A stretch of DNA of 64,000 bases from IMG/VR virus record IMGVR_UViG_3300035698_017111, positions 64,001-128,000 of that record. One strand, given 5' to 3'. The notes under the pieces are model-generated. The model ran no database searches, had not been told where the DNA came from, and saw only the letters and a list, made by a program, of their open reading frames with translations. Origin of the DNA: a virus. Shown here in pieces: positions 47,717 through 57,900 of the stretch (its first letter is position 1; every line of letters starts with the position of its first letter). Position numbers and translations under genes: made by a program.

Positions 47717-50589
47717 TTTGCTTTCCTCAAGTTAAATGATTTACTTTCAGATTCTTTTCTATACCAATTAGAATTGGCTACCTGATTTTGTTCACCCTGC
47801 ACGTAAACTTTTTTAGTAATGGTCTCAACATCTGTTTTCACACCAGTGGCAGGAATGTGTCTACTTCTGATACCAGAACCTTTCTTGGCCATAACCTTAA
47901 TATCTAAATACGGGTTACGGTAAATGCTAATAAAAACATCCTGACCATCTTCCACTGTTCTGTCACTAGACATTTTCTTGATGTCTTTATCGAAAAACCA
48001 AGATCTGTTTTTTTGATATGAATTAACTACTGTTGTTCTATTTCTATCTCTTGGGTCTTGTCTCAATACCTGCCATGTCTCTGAAAAATTAGCAGAGTTT
48101 ACTGTTTGTCCAGAATATACAGCAGATGTTAGGATCTTTTTATCACCAACAGGAAGACCGTCAACTCCAAGTTTATTTCCCTCTTCATCTTCATTAACCT
48201 CTACTATTTCTTCTCCTGATTTGAGAAGTTTACTAACCTCAACAGACGACAATGGATCTCTCTTGTTTATCATGCTACCGGCTTTATCGTTCACCGTAAG
48301 ACCAATACGACCATGAAGGATAGAAAGACCTTCAATAACGTCTTCCATACCTTCGGATGTAAGGGTTGGTTTAATAATACTTATAAAAGAATCCAACTCC
48401 TTAAGGAGAGAACTGAGAAGTTCCGATCTACTTTCTACTTGAGGTTCCACTACAGGTTCTATGGTCTCTTCTTGTGCTGTTTTAATATTGTTTTCTGAAA
48501 CTTCAGCAAAACTCACATCCATGTCATGAACATCTTCAGGTGCTTCTGGTTGTGGTGCTTGTGGAGCTTCTTGCTCTTCTGGGAAAAGCCTCTGTACGAT
48601 ACTCTTCACTCTTGTTTCAATCTCTCGTAAAGATTGAGACTCTTCTATACTTGGATTCATGCCATACTTCTTATATGGTTTTGCTTGACTAAGACCGAAC
48701 CCCTCCTTGAATAATCCCTGCAGTATGCCAACCAGCTCGTCTGCCATTTGGATTTGTTCTTCTGGAGAATCTGGTATCATTGCGATATAAGAATCTATTG
48801 CATCTGATTTTTCTTGATCTACACCAAGATTTGCTTTGATTTGCTGCACATATGCCGGGTTCTTAAGGTTTTGTACATATTGTCCAACACCCTGCATATA
48901 ATTGTCTATTGTCAACAAGTCTCTTTCATTCAGATCACCCAATTCACTTTCGAACTTAGACCAATCTGTCCAGAAACCATTTTTATTTTGTCCGGTTGGA
49001 AAACCTTGTTCGTCTACATTGAGTAGAATCTTATCTGGATCATTCCACATTGCTTCATTTAATCTATCTTGTTTTGTTTTAAGTAGATATTGAAGTTGAT
49101 TAACTGATCTGTCATGTTCAAGTCTAATGTTTTCAACTTCTGGGCTAACATCAGGATATCCTGTGTCTTTTGCGGCCGACATCGATCTTTGTGACAGAGT
49201 ATTCATTGTCTCAAGGATACTTGGAACATATCTAGAAACAACCCACCACGGGTCTTTGTCCAATCTAGCTTCTGCTTCGGCCAATTCATTACCGACATAA
49301 CTACCAAATCTTTTCTTATCCAAACCAACAAGATCGTGAATCCTATTTAAAAATTCTGCAACGACTCTTGGGTCTGAATTTCCCTGAAGGAGAGAAACCC
49401 TTGACAGTCTTTGTAGATCCTGAACAGTTTCTTGTTCTTCTGGAGTCCTAACTTTAAGTTGTTGTGCTATATCGTTTTGTTGAAACCTATGTAAGAGTTT
49501 AGTAACTGCTGGTTCTTCATTTGGGTTAGATGTATTAACGGTAGAGACACCCTCTTCGTTTGTTTTAGAAATACTTCTTCTCAAAGACATGAAAAGATCA
49601 AATGCATTTGATCCAAGTCTCTGTGCAAGCGAAGTTGGATCAAACTTTTCATCAAAAAGAGAACCATGTGCTGCCTCTACAAAGTCTTTTATTAACTGAT
49701 CTGGATCTTGTTTCTGTTTTTCTGGATTCCCACCAACAATAGAAGCGAGAAGCGTTTCTTTAGTTAGTCCATATCTCTCTAAAAATTCTTGTTGTAATCC
49801 TTCTTCTTCACCAATAAGATTTGACCAGTCTGGATCCCACTTTGCTTCATTCCAATCTGGTAATTCTTTACCAATTTCTGGAAACTCACCCAAATCTGGA
49901 ACCACAGGTGCTGGCGGGGTACTGAGAATTGATTGCAGATTATCCTGAAGGGAAACAAAGTCTTGTTCATCCAAGAATCCTGTTGGGAGAAGTCCAAGAT
50001 TAATAGTTTGTGCCGTTTGTGTGATCGTATCCCAATCAACACCAATCAAGCTACCAAACGCAACATCTAACTGTTCACCAAATCTGTCTGCTTCTGACTT
50101 ATCAAGTTCTCCATCTTTTATTTTTCTTTGTGTTATAGATCTTGCTATTCCCTCAACAGAAGAACTAATGTCAACCAATCCCATTGCTTTTGGTGTTCCA
50201 TTAGCTAGGACTCTAAATGTGAGTAGTTCATCTTGTGTAAATGGAATAGCCATACCGGACGTATTTTGTGGTTGCTCTATTGGCATTTCTGCTGGAATAG
50301 TTTCATTCATATCGACATTTTCTTGTCCAGTTTCGCTTACTTCTGGTTGAACACCAAGATATTGTGTCGATTTAATATTCATAATGCTCAAACATGCTTC
50401 TGTTGCTGTTTTTAACTGATCCAGCGAGAAATACATGTTTTTAATAAAAGCAGAATAGTCTTTTGCCCTTTCGGGTGACGTGAATGGACTATCGCCAGTA
50501 AGGTTTTGTTCAAAAGTTTTTTGATCATAGATCGATAGTTTTTCTATCCCGATTTCAGGAGAGGACACTTTTCGAATTGGAATTGCCAT
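47707..50589 (-). CDS. large hypothetical virion-associated protein
   Basis: GGAGG RBS before MAIPIRK; late promoter upstream; NWYRK near the C-terminus. Confidence 0.7.
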   Translation of the reverse strand: MAIPIRKVSSPEIGIEKLSIYDQKTFEQNLTGDSPFTSPERAKDYSAFIKNMYFSLDQLKTATEACLSIMNIKSTQYLGVQPEVSETGQENVDMNETIPAEMPIEQPQNTSGMAIPFTQDELLTFRVLANGTPKAMGLVDISSSVEGIARSITQRKIKDGELDKSEADRFGEQLDVAFGSLIGVDWDTITQTAQTINLGLLPTGFLDEQDFVSLQDNLQSILSTPPAPVVPDLGEFPEIGKELPDWNEAKWDPDWSNLIGEEEGLQQEFLERYGLTKETLLASIVGGNPEKQKQDPDQLIKDFVEAAHGSLFDEKFDPTSLAQRLGSNAFDLFMSLRRSISKTNEEGVSTVNTSNPNEEPAVTKLLHRFQQNDIAQQLKVRTPEEQETVQDLQRLSRVSLLQGNSDPRVVAEFLNRIHDLVGLDKKRFGSYVGNELAEAEARLDKDPWWVVSRYVPSILETMNTLSQRSMSAAKDTGYPDVSPEVENIRLEHDRSVNQLQYLLKTKQDRLNEAMWNDPDKILLNVDEQGFPTGQNKNGFWTDWSKFESELGDLNERDLLTIDNYMQGVGQYVQNLKNPAYVQQIKANLGVDQEKSDAIDSYIAMIPDSPEEQIQMADELVGILQGLFKEGFGLSQAKPYKKYGMNPSIEESQSLREIETRVKSIVQRLFPEEQEAPQAPQPEAPEDVHDMDVSFAEVSENNIKTAQEETIEPVVEPQVESRSELLSSLLKELDSFISIIKPTLTSEGMEDVIEGLSILHGRIGLTVNDKAGSMINKRDPLSSVEVSKLLKSGEEIVEVNEDEEGNKLGVDGLPVGDKKILTSAVYSGQTVNSANFSETWQVLRQDPRDRNRTTVVNSYQKNRSWFFDKDIKKMSSDRTVEDGQDVFISIYRNPYLDIKVMAKKGSGIRSRHIPATGVKTDVETITKKVYVQGEQNQVANSNWYRKESESKSFNLRKAKCL

Positions 50590-50636
50590 TAGAGAACCTC
50601 CAGGATGCGTGGAAATACAGCCCACCTTCTTAAAAA

Positions 50637-50663
50637 TATTCCATATCAGACACACGAATCCCT
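50637..50663 (-). promoter_or_regulatory. putative late promoter AGG-N19-GAATA heading the structural operon
   Basis: Exact motif directly downstream of the sigma gene. Confidence 0.6.
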
Positions 50664-50689
50664 CTATTATTTTATCCAAAATAAGGACG

Positions 50690-51259
50690 TTAGTGTATGT
50701 CATAAAAAAAATCACGTAAATACTCAATTGCTCTTTTATGTCTTTTTCTGACACCTTCATGAGAAATATTAACGACCTTACCAATTTCTCGCCAAGTTTT
50801 CTCCTCAGAATACCTTAAATCAAAGATAATCCTATCTTTATCTTCAAGAGAATCCAACATAGAAGAACAATCCACTCTATCTTCCATAACATTGCTTTCT
50901 ACTGGAAGTCTCATCTCAGACAAACAAATCTTTGGCATATTCTTCTTTATTGCGGATATTATTTTAAATTTAATGTACTTTCGACAATACGAATTGAACC
51001 TATTCCCATAGTTTATGTCGAATTTATCAATACACTCAAGGAGTCCAATGACTCCATCGTGTACTAAATCGTCAACAATATTCTGCTGTAGGGATAGGTA
51101 GGGTTTTGTTATGGCTAAAACAAGTTTCAGGTGTGATTTTATTATTTTATCTCTAGCATGGAGATCGTTATTCTTTATGCCAATAAAGAGAATTTTTTCT
51201 TCTTCTTCCTCAAGATTAGGATATGAGTAGAAGTATTGAAAGGACTGGAAATCACTCAT
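50690..51259 (-). CDS. sigma-70 family RNA polymerase sigma factor
   Basis: HLKLV, DLVHDGVIGLLECIDKFD..GNRFNSY, TWREIG..ISHEGVR. Confidence 0.85.
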   Translation of the reverse strand: MSDFQSFQYFYSYPNLEEEEEKILFIGIKNNDLHARDKIIKSHLKLVLAITKPYLSLQQNIVDDLVHDGVIGLLECIDKFDINYGNRFNSYCRKYIKFKIISAIKKNMPKICLSEMRLPVESNVMEDRVDCSSMLDSLEDKDRIIFDLRYSEEKTWREIGKVVNISHEGVRKRHKRAIEYLRDFFYDIH

Positions 51260-51754
51260 CTAGTGCGTCTTGGGACATATTGTGAATGAAAGAAGCATAC
51301 TTCCCACATCCGGTTGACCCACTCCTTGAAATGGAGTTTGAATCGTCCCGAGAATTTCTTCCAATTTATTATTCAACAATATAGTTGCTGTGTTTCGTTT
51401 CTTTCTAATCGATATCTTAACCTTATGGTCTGTACTGAGGAATTTATCGATTTGTTTTACTTTGGTCTCAAGATCGTGTACACTTGTTTGTACAGTGAAC
51501 CGTGATTCTTTCAATTTAACGACTTTGTGATTGCTCTTCTTTGCGTTCTTCTTTTTTTGATATGCTTGCTTTGAATAGTCCATTAAACGACAAACAGGTA
51601 CATCATCTTCTGTCATTTGTACTAAATCAAGATTTTTCTCGGAACTTATCGACCTAGCTTGTTCTGTTGGGATTTTACCTAGATTAACACCCTCAGAATC
51701 AATGAGGAGTACTTTGTCGGCATTAATTTCACCGTTAATACGTTTCTTAGTCAT
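51260..51754 (-). CDS. infC: translation initiation factor IF-3
   Basis: RINGEI..V.LIDSEG..LG, LDLVQ..PVCRLMDYSK, KESRF..HDLETK..FL..HKVK. Confidence 0.9.
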   Translation of the reverse strand: MTKKRINGEINADKVLLIDSEGVNLGKIPTEQARSISSEKNLDLVQMTEDDVPVCRLMDYSKQAYQKKKNAKKSNHKVVKLKESRFTVQTSVHDLETKVKQIDKFLSTDHKVKISIRKKRNTATILLNNKLEEILGTIQTPFQGVGQPDVGSMLLSFTICPKTH

Positions 51755-51795
51755 ATCTGTTCTGAAACAACCTCCGTTAAAAAATTGAACTCAAG

Positions 51796-52269
51796 TTACT
51801 TTACTTTTTTAGGGCGGCCAGGACCTCTTTTAGCCACTGGTTTATTTTGAGATACAATAGAGGATACTCGTTTCTCTTCGGCCACCCTCGTCTGTTCTTC
51901 ATCAAAATCATGATCTGCATCTAATTCAAGATTGTTGAATGGTTGATTCCTGAAGCCATCTTCAGTCCTTAACCTTACTTCCATAAAAGAAATAAAATGA
52001 TCAATGCTACAGAAATCCAACTGTTTCTTCTCGGAAATAAAACCCTTTTGTTCTTTTAAAAAGGCTTCTTTCTTTCTAATTCCACGGATTTCATCAAGCT
52101 GTGTTTGCATTTCGAGATCGTTTAACGTTTCGCACACAAGACCATTGGGTAACCGAACGGTCTTTCCACGACTATCGTCATCTTCGTTGAAAAATGAATT
52201 GCAATGATCACATTTATAACCCTTTACGACACTCATCTGCTCTCTCTCCTTGGGGTTCATCCTAGACAT
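51796..52269 (-). CDS. hypothetical protein
   Basis: YKCDHC...FCS; C-terminal RGPGRPKK. Confidence 0.6.
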   Translation of the reverse strand: MSRMNPKEREQMSVVKGYKCDHCNSFFNEDDDSRGKTVRLPNGLVCETLNDLEMQTQLDEIRGIRKKEAFLKEQKGFISEKKQLDFCSIDHFISFMEVRLRTEDGFRNQPFNNLELDADHDFDEEQTRVAEEKRVSSIVSQNKPVAKRGPGRPKKVK

Positions 52270-52335
52270 ATGTAAAATCCTTTAACCAACCATACGATAA
52301 AAACAAAGTCCACACAAGCGATAAATGTATAAAAT

Positions 52336-52677
52336 TTAGAAATCGTCAATAATTACGATTGAACGGCCATTTACAAGCAATGCAGTGTCTTCTACATGTC
52401 GGCCAGCTTTACTGAACCAATATCCCTTTGGTCTGTAACATTCAGAACAGAATGAATTTTGGTTGTAATCTAGAATTCGTTCCTGTAATGATGTGGCAAT
52501 ATTTTTGGCCAAAACGCTTATGTCGAATTCATCGACAATCTCTTCTGCAAGTGCTGATGAATCAAGGTCCTTTTTCTTGGGAGCGGCTTCTATTATCCTC
52601 TCTATATCCATGTCATTTGAGATATGACTTTCTATCTCCGACTCAATGAACTTACTCAAAGCAACGATATCTGACAT
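52336..52677 (-). CDS. hypothetical protein
   Basis: GGGGAG RBS before MSDIV. Confidence 0.55.
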   Translation of the reverse strand: MSDIVALSKFIESEIESHISNDMDIERIIEAAPKKKDLDSSALAEEIVDEFDISVLAKNIATSLQERILDYNQNSFCSECYRPKGYWFSKAGRHVEDTALLVNGRSIVIIDDF

Positions 52678-52782
52678 ATTCACACTCCCCTTATTCTTTT
52701 GGCTATCATACGATATTTCCATTTTGGCCTTGACGCTGGTTGTTTTGTCGTATAATCTACCATTAGAAAAGGGAGATTGTCT

Positions 52783-53097
52783 ATGTCAATTGAAATTGAT
52801 TCTGATGAGTTTTACGAGAAGACAGAAGAAGATGGACTTGTGATGGTTGACTGTTATACTGAATACTGTGGACCATGTAAGCAAGTCAAAAAGATTCTGC
52901 CAGAGATTGAAGAAGCCGTCGATGGATTAACAATATTGACTATTGATATTCAAGAAAACGTAAGTGTTGCACAGGAACATAATGTAATGTCTGTCCCGAC
53001 GTTTTTGATCTTCCAAGATGGTGATCTGGTTGATCGTTTTTCGACACCTCAAGACAAAGAAGGCATTGTAGAGAGACTTAATTCTTTAGTGGAGTGA
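52783..53097 (+). CDS. thioredoxin
   Basis: YCGPCK active site, SVPT. Confidence 0.9.
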   Translation: MSIEIDSDEFYEKTEEDGLVMVDCYTEYCGPCKQVKKILPEIEEAVDGLTILTIDIQENVSVAQEHNVMSVPTFLIFQDGDLVDRFSTPQDKEGIVERLNSLVE

Positions 53098-54251
53098 TTG
53101 AAATGTCATACAAAATACTGCAGAACATACCTGTCTGGGGCGTTGGCTTAGACGAAAACGCAATGGTACAGATACAGAGATGCCTTATCAATGGTAAGCA
53201 TGCTGCTCTAATGGCTGACCATCACCAAGGATATAGCATGCCAATCGGTGGTGTCGTTGCTTACGAGGGACTTGTATCTCCAAGCGGTGTGGGTTACGAC
53301 ATTGCTTGCGGCAACAAGGCCGTTAAGCTAGAGATGAATGCCAAGTATGCAAGAGAAAACATAAAGGCACTCACTGATTCTATTTTCAATGGCATCCCAA
53401 TGGGCAAGGGTATCTGTAACTCAAAGGTTATCGACCATGAAGTCTTCGATAATGATTTGTGGAACGAAAAACCATGCTCAGACTCACTAAAAGTAGCAAG
53501 AGAACAACTCGGCTCTCTTGGTGCTGGAAATCACTATATCGATATCTTTGTCGATGAGGAAGAATCCGTGTGGGTTGGAGTCCATTGTGGATCAAGAAAG
53601 TTTGGACACAATATTGCGACTTTCTTTTTGAGAGCTACCGGAGCAAAAGATGGTATCCATGCTTCTCCATGTCTCTTGAAAGAAGATTCCTATTTTGGGA
53701 AGATGTATATTGACTGCATGAACCTTGCGGGTGAATATGCATATGCTTCTCGTAATTGGATGTGCGATGAGATATCGAAAATTCTTGGTTCGAAAATCAC
53801 AGAAGAGGTTCACAATCACCATAACTTTGCTTGGAAGGAAAAGTTATCGGAAAAAGAATACTGGGTTGTCCGTAAGGGATCTACTCCAGCACGTCCTGGA
53901 CAGAAGTGTTTTATCGGTGGTTCTATGGGCGATATATCCGTAATTGTTGAAGGAACGGAATGCGAAGAAGCAAGACTATCAATGTATTCTGCTCCACACG
54001 GTGCTGGACGTGTCATGGGGAGAATGGAAGCACTCGGTAAGATCGCCAAGGATGGCACTGTAAAAAGAGAGCCAAAGGTCACTCAGGAAATGATGGATTC
54101 TTGGCTTAAAGATAAAAACGTATATCTACGTGGTGGGGGACGAGACGAATCGCCACATGCATACCGTCGTCTTCCAGAGGTTATCGAACAACATGATTAC
54201 CTTAAAACTCTACACACGCTAACCCCAATTGGGGTTTGTATGGCCCCTTAA
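53094..54251 (+). CDS. rtcB: RtcB RNA ligase
   Basis: MADHHQGY, VGYDIACG, GSLGAGNHY, HNHHN, VRKGST, SAPHGAGR, DESPHAYR. Confidence 0.92.
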   Translation: MIEMSYKILQNIPVWGVGLDENAMVQIQRCLINGKHAALMADHHQGYSMPIGGVVAYEGLVSPSGVGYDIACGNKAVKLEMNAKYARENIKALTDSIFNGIPMGKGICNSKVIDHEVFDNDLWNEKPCSDSLKVAREQLGSLGAGNHYIDIFVDEEESVWVGVHCGSRKFGHNIATFFLRATGAKDGIHASPCLLKEDSYFGKMYIDCMNLAGEYAYASRNWMCDEISKILGSKITEEVHNHHNFAWKEKLSEKEYWVVRKGSTPARPGQKCFIGGSMGDISVIVEGTECEEARLSMYSAPHGAGRVMGRMEALGKIAKDGTVKREPKVTQEMMDSWLKDKNVYLRGGGRDESPHAYRRLPEVIEQHDYLKTLHTLTPIGVCMAP

Positions 54252-54598
54252 GGAGGGTGAAGAGATGATGATTGAGCTTGACTTTATGGTGGCCAATATG
54301 GCATCATAAACATGGTCGGTGTTGATCGTTTCCTGAGAAATTATATCGCATCGGCAAATGGCCTGAGGATTAACTATCCCCATTCTCAGTGGTATCGGGA
54401 CGGGAATCGGACGGCACGACCCCGAAGGACAATGCTAAGGACTGCAGAAACCTAGCATTAGTCCAGAGGGGGGTATTTTTTTATTAAAAGTATACACAAG
54501 TGTCATTTAGATACATATTGATCATATAAAATGCTTTGGCCAAAGATTAGATTGACACACACTCTCAACAATGATATACGTATCTAAAGGAGATAGGC

Positions 54599-54793
54599 AT
54601 GTTGTATTTTCTTTGTGTATATTTGATAGGAATATCTGCTATAATATTCATATTGTCCATGGGCATATGGAGCTTCAAATGTTCTAGAAAAAGAGAAAAT
54701 AGATCCAAACAATTAATGGTTATGGGATTGAGAAAATTAAACAAAAAAACTAGACATAGGTTGCCAAAAAATCTCCACAAGAAAGATAAGTAA
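54599..54793 (+). CDS. small membrane protein
   Basis: GGAG RBS, hydrophobic N-terminus. Confidence 0.5.
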   Translation: MLYFLCVYLIGISAIIFILSMGIWSFKCSRKRENRSKQLMVMGLRKLNKKTRHRLPKNLHKKDK

Positions 54794-54794
54794 C

Positions 54795-55151
54795 ATGACA
54801 ATCTGTACGATAGATTATGGTCTCCCGTATCTGAGTTATTTCCCGACCTACGATTCTTTAATTGTTGGATTGAGGGCAATGGAAGCTTGGATCATTTCAC
54901 AAAACAAATCAAATCTGAAGAGAGTTTTGCCAAGTGGTAAGTCTGTCAAGACACGGATCTGCTACAAAAAGATAGTGACTGTTGGTGATTGTTCTATGCA
55001 TTCGGCAGGTTGGTATCTGTTGTGGCTAAAGGGTGAAAAACCAAAAAAATCAAAAGTCATGGATATGTTTCATGATGTTGTGGAAGAAAACAAAGATGAG
55101 AACGTTAGGAAAGCTGCAAATAGTGTCAAGAAAAAGGAGATTGAATTATAA
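54795..55151 (+). CDS. hypothetical protein
   Basis: 118 aa ORF in an operon. Confidence 0.55.
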   Translation: MTICTIDYGLPYLSYFPTYDSLIVGLRAMEAWIISQNKSNLKRVLPSGKSVKTRICYKKIVTVGDCSMHSAGWYLLWLKGEKPKKSKVMDMFHDVVEENKDENVRKAANSVKKKEIEL

Positions 55152-55396
55152 TGGATACCAAACATAAAAAAGTATTCTGTCGTTATTGTAAGTTCTGTTC
55201 TTGTCTGACAGTACGTGGTATCCCAATGGGTACTCCAAAATGCAAAGAAAATGGTGAGAAATGGGTTGTGGAAAAAGAAACCTATTACAGTCCTGAATCA
55301 GTTGAACAAGAAAATTATCGTAAATGTAGTGAGGTTAACAAAAACAATGATTGTGTATTGTTCAAAAGATCGTTAATAAAAATGTTTTTTGATTGA
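55151..55396 (+). CDS. Cys-rich hypothetical protein
   Basis: CRYCKFC...NKNNDC. Confidence 0.6.
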   Translation: MDTKHKKVFCRYCKFCSCLTVRGIPMGTPKCKENGEKWVVEKETYYSPESVEQENYRKCSEVNKNNDCVLFKRSLIKMFFD

Positions 55397-55412
55397 TCAG
55401 AGAGAATAAACA

Positions 55413-56135
55413 ATGGATGAGAAACGAGTATACGTTGATAACATTAGCTCATTTATAGAACTTGACGAAACAGAACAACCTGAAGGAACATCTGTATTGT
55501 CATTTTCTGGTGCTGAAGAATTAATAAAAGAGCTAGTGGGTAAGGTAAAAAAAGCAGAGGATGATATTTCTTTCAATAGAGATGAAATCCTTGACCTCTG
55601 TAAAGAAAACGATGGGCTGAAGGAAGACATTAACGACAGGGACGAGAAGAATACACATTTGTTGGAAGAAAATAGAAAACTGAGATCAAACACAAACTTG
55701 AAGGAAGAAATAAAAGTCTTGACAGCTGAGAGAGATAGGTATTTAATGTTGTGTGGCAGTACCGAGACACCTGCGGATGGATTTTTCAAGGCTCTTGATT
55801 TAATAAGAGAACTCTCTGTATTTCTGGAAAAAGCAACAGACAATAAAGTAGTCCGAAGCAATGTTCGTTTCGGCCGAATGGAACCAAGAGATTATTTTTA
55901 CATTGCAGACACACTTGAAAAACAACACAAATGTGATTTGGTGGATATTGACTTCTTGGAAGCAGAGAAAGCCGGTCTGGAAGACGAACTTGAGGATTTG
56001 TATTGCAAGTCGAGTGATCGTAAGTTTAAAATAAAATCACAGGGAAATGAAATAGAAGATTTAGTGGATGATTTGGCTGAACGTAACTTGAGGATAGTGC
56101 ATTTAGAAAAAAAAATTAGGAAAAAGAAAGAGTAA
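55413..56135 (+). CDS. coiled-coil hypothetical protein
   Basis: 240 aa, heptad-rich. Confidence 0.65.
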   Translation: MDEKRVYVDNISSFIELDETEQPEGTSVLSFSGAEELIKELVGKVKKAEDDISFNRDEILDLCKENDGLKEDINDRDEKNTHLLEENRKLRSNTNLKEEIKVLTAERDRYLMLCGSTETPADGFFKALDLIRELSVFLEKATDNKVVRSNVRFGRMEPRDYFYIADTLEKQHKCDLVDIDFLEAEKAGLEDELEDLYCKSSDRKFKIKSQGNEIEDLVDDLAERNLRIVHLEKKIRKKKE

Positions 56136-56139
56136 GACC

Positions 56140-57162
56140 ATGGGTGGTAGAGCGTTCATAAACAAAGACACGGGAGAGAATCCTGCTGTAAGAATACCGA
56201 CGAAAGATATTAGCAATCTATCTTGTCAGGTAAATTCTCTGTTTGCTCCTCAATTAGACAGTATTGAATTGGTTACAGCAAAAGAACTTTTGCCTAAAGA
56301 AGATCATGGCGATCTGGATTTCATATGCTTGGATCTCGGTAACCGAAGAGAAAAGGTTCGGGATTTTTGCGAAAGAGCAGGATTCCCATCAACAGCTAAT
56401 GGACCTATGGAGCATATTCTTTTTCCATTCAACGGCACGAATCACCAAGTGGACCTTATCTTTTGTGGTGATGTACGCAAATACGAAGCCATGAGATACT
56501 TCTACTCACGGCCAGTGGTTTTCAATGCTGTGGTAGGACATCTTGCAAGATCCATCGGTTACAAATTCTCTACCGAAGGTCTGCTGCTACACGTTACAGA
56601 CAAGAGAAAACAAAACTACTTTCATCTTCTCACCAGAAACTTCGATGAGGCAACGATCTTGCTTGGGTTGAAAAATATCTCTGACGAGGAATTGTTTTCT
56701 TCGCCAGAAACATTTGCATCTTGGATTATATCTTCTCCAAGATTCGATACTGATCTATTTGTATCTCGACACAATAGACATTCTCATAGAGATGCTCAGT
56801 CAACAGATTTCTGCCAAAGAGTTTATGAAATCATAGAGAACTCTCATGTGGAATCAGAGCTTCCACCATCTACAATTGATTTCACACAGCCAGAATTCAA
56901 TCTTGGCGAGTCTCTTGAGTTTGAAAGACGAGTTCTTGGTGAGCAAATATATCAAGACACCTTGTCCGAATGTGAGAGAAGATCAAAAGTGGCCGAACCA
57001 ATCGTCAGTGGAGACATGCTGATTGAAATGGGTTTGAAACCAGGCCCAATATTCAAAGAAATCATTCAAGATGTTTCAACAAAGTTTGACAAAGAAACAC
57101 CTGTGGATGAAATAGTAGAACATATCAGAAAAACTTATTTCGAGGAGGAAGAAAATGTTTAA
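56140..57162 (+). CDS. Pol-beta-like nucleotidyltransferase with a CCA-type tail
   Basis: MGG, DHGDLD, QVDLI; tail PIVSGDMLIEMGLKPGPIFKEII. Confidence 0.65.
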   Translation: MGGRAFINKDTGENPAVRIPTKDISNLSCQVNSLFAPQLDSIELVTAKELLPKEDHGDLDFICLDLGNRREKVRDFCERAGFPSTANGPMEHILFPFNGTNHQVDLIFCGDVRKYEAMRYFYSRPVVFNAVVGHLARSIGYKFSTEGLLLHVTDKRKQNYFHLLTRNFDEATILLGLKNISDEELFSSPETFASWIISSPRFDTDLFVSRHNRHSHRDAQSTDFCQRVYEIIENSHVESELPPSTIDFTQPEFNLGESLEFERRVLGEQIYQDTLSECERRSKVAEPIVSGDMLIEMGLKPGPIFKEIIQDVSTKFDKETPVDEIVEHIRKTYFEEEENV

Positions 57163-57511
57163 ATCTAAACTTCAAAAGAAAATTGACGGACACGGCACAA
57201 ATCATCGACTATTGACACATAAAGCGATGTTGAATCTCGTCAATCAAATTATGTCGAAAATAACAGCAAAGGGAATTGCTATTGACAAAGTCCAGAAGCT
57301 TTCTGGTTTGTCTAAGAAAAAAGTGGCTGATATTCTTGATTGCAAAGAAACAACGACTATTGCTGATATCGGCAAAGTTGCTGCTTCTATTGGACAAACT
57401 ATTGAAATCAATATATCGGACGTTGTGGACGACGACGACCTCGGACTGTTGAAAGATGTTGAAAAGATAGAAGCGGACGGTTGCGAAGAAGAGTCTGTAG
57501 ACTCTGTCTAG
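57155..57511 (+). CDS. XRE-like helix-turn-helix protein
   Basis: KGIAIDKVQKLSGLSKKKVADIL...TIADIGKVA. Confidence 0.6.
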   Translation: MFKSKLQKKIDGHGTNHRLLTHKAMLNLVNQIMSKITAKGIAIDKVQKLSGLSKKKVADILDCKETTTIADIGKVAASIGQTIEINISDVVDDDDLGLLKDVEKIEADGCEEESVDSV

Positions 57512-57900
57512 CGTTCTTCAACGTCCTCCGGTTCTCGTGGGATGTGGGTTGGAATTTCATACGAATCGCTTCGAATTCCATATGTAGCAATAACTCCTTT
57601 TCCATTCCATTCTGTAACATCTTGAAAGGAGAAAACCAGTTCAATTGGCTCATACACACCACCAATGCCATAATTGAACTCAGCAATACCCACTGGGTCT
57701 TCTGGAAAAAACTCAGATGAAACTTTTGCTGGAACGAATACATCGATTAATTGTGCATCTATATTAATCCAACCTGAATGATCTGATGGAGAAAACTCCA
57801 CTTTATTGGCCAATGCATCCCCAATACCATTTATTTCATCAGGATCAAGTGCTGCCATGGGTCTTGTGGGTTCGTTAGATGTCCTGTACCAATTTTCCAT
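57508..57900 (-). CDS. hypothetical late protein (MENWYR...)
   Basis: GGAGG RBS; AGG-N19-GAATA at 57931-57957. Confidence 0.65.
   Translation of the reverse strand: MENWYRTSNEPTRPMAALDPDEINGIGDALANKVEFSPSDHSGWINIDAQLIDVFVPAKVSSEFFPEDPVGIAEFNYGIGGVYEPIELVFSFQDVTEWNGKGVIATYGIRSDSYEIPTHIPREPEDVEER

Noticed and set aside
54257-54373. Frame with three in-frame TGA codons (possible selenopeptide)
   Set aside because: The RBS spacing fits a different ATG, there is no recognisable motif, and RNA structure explains the region better.
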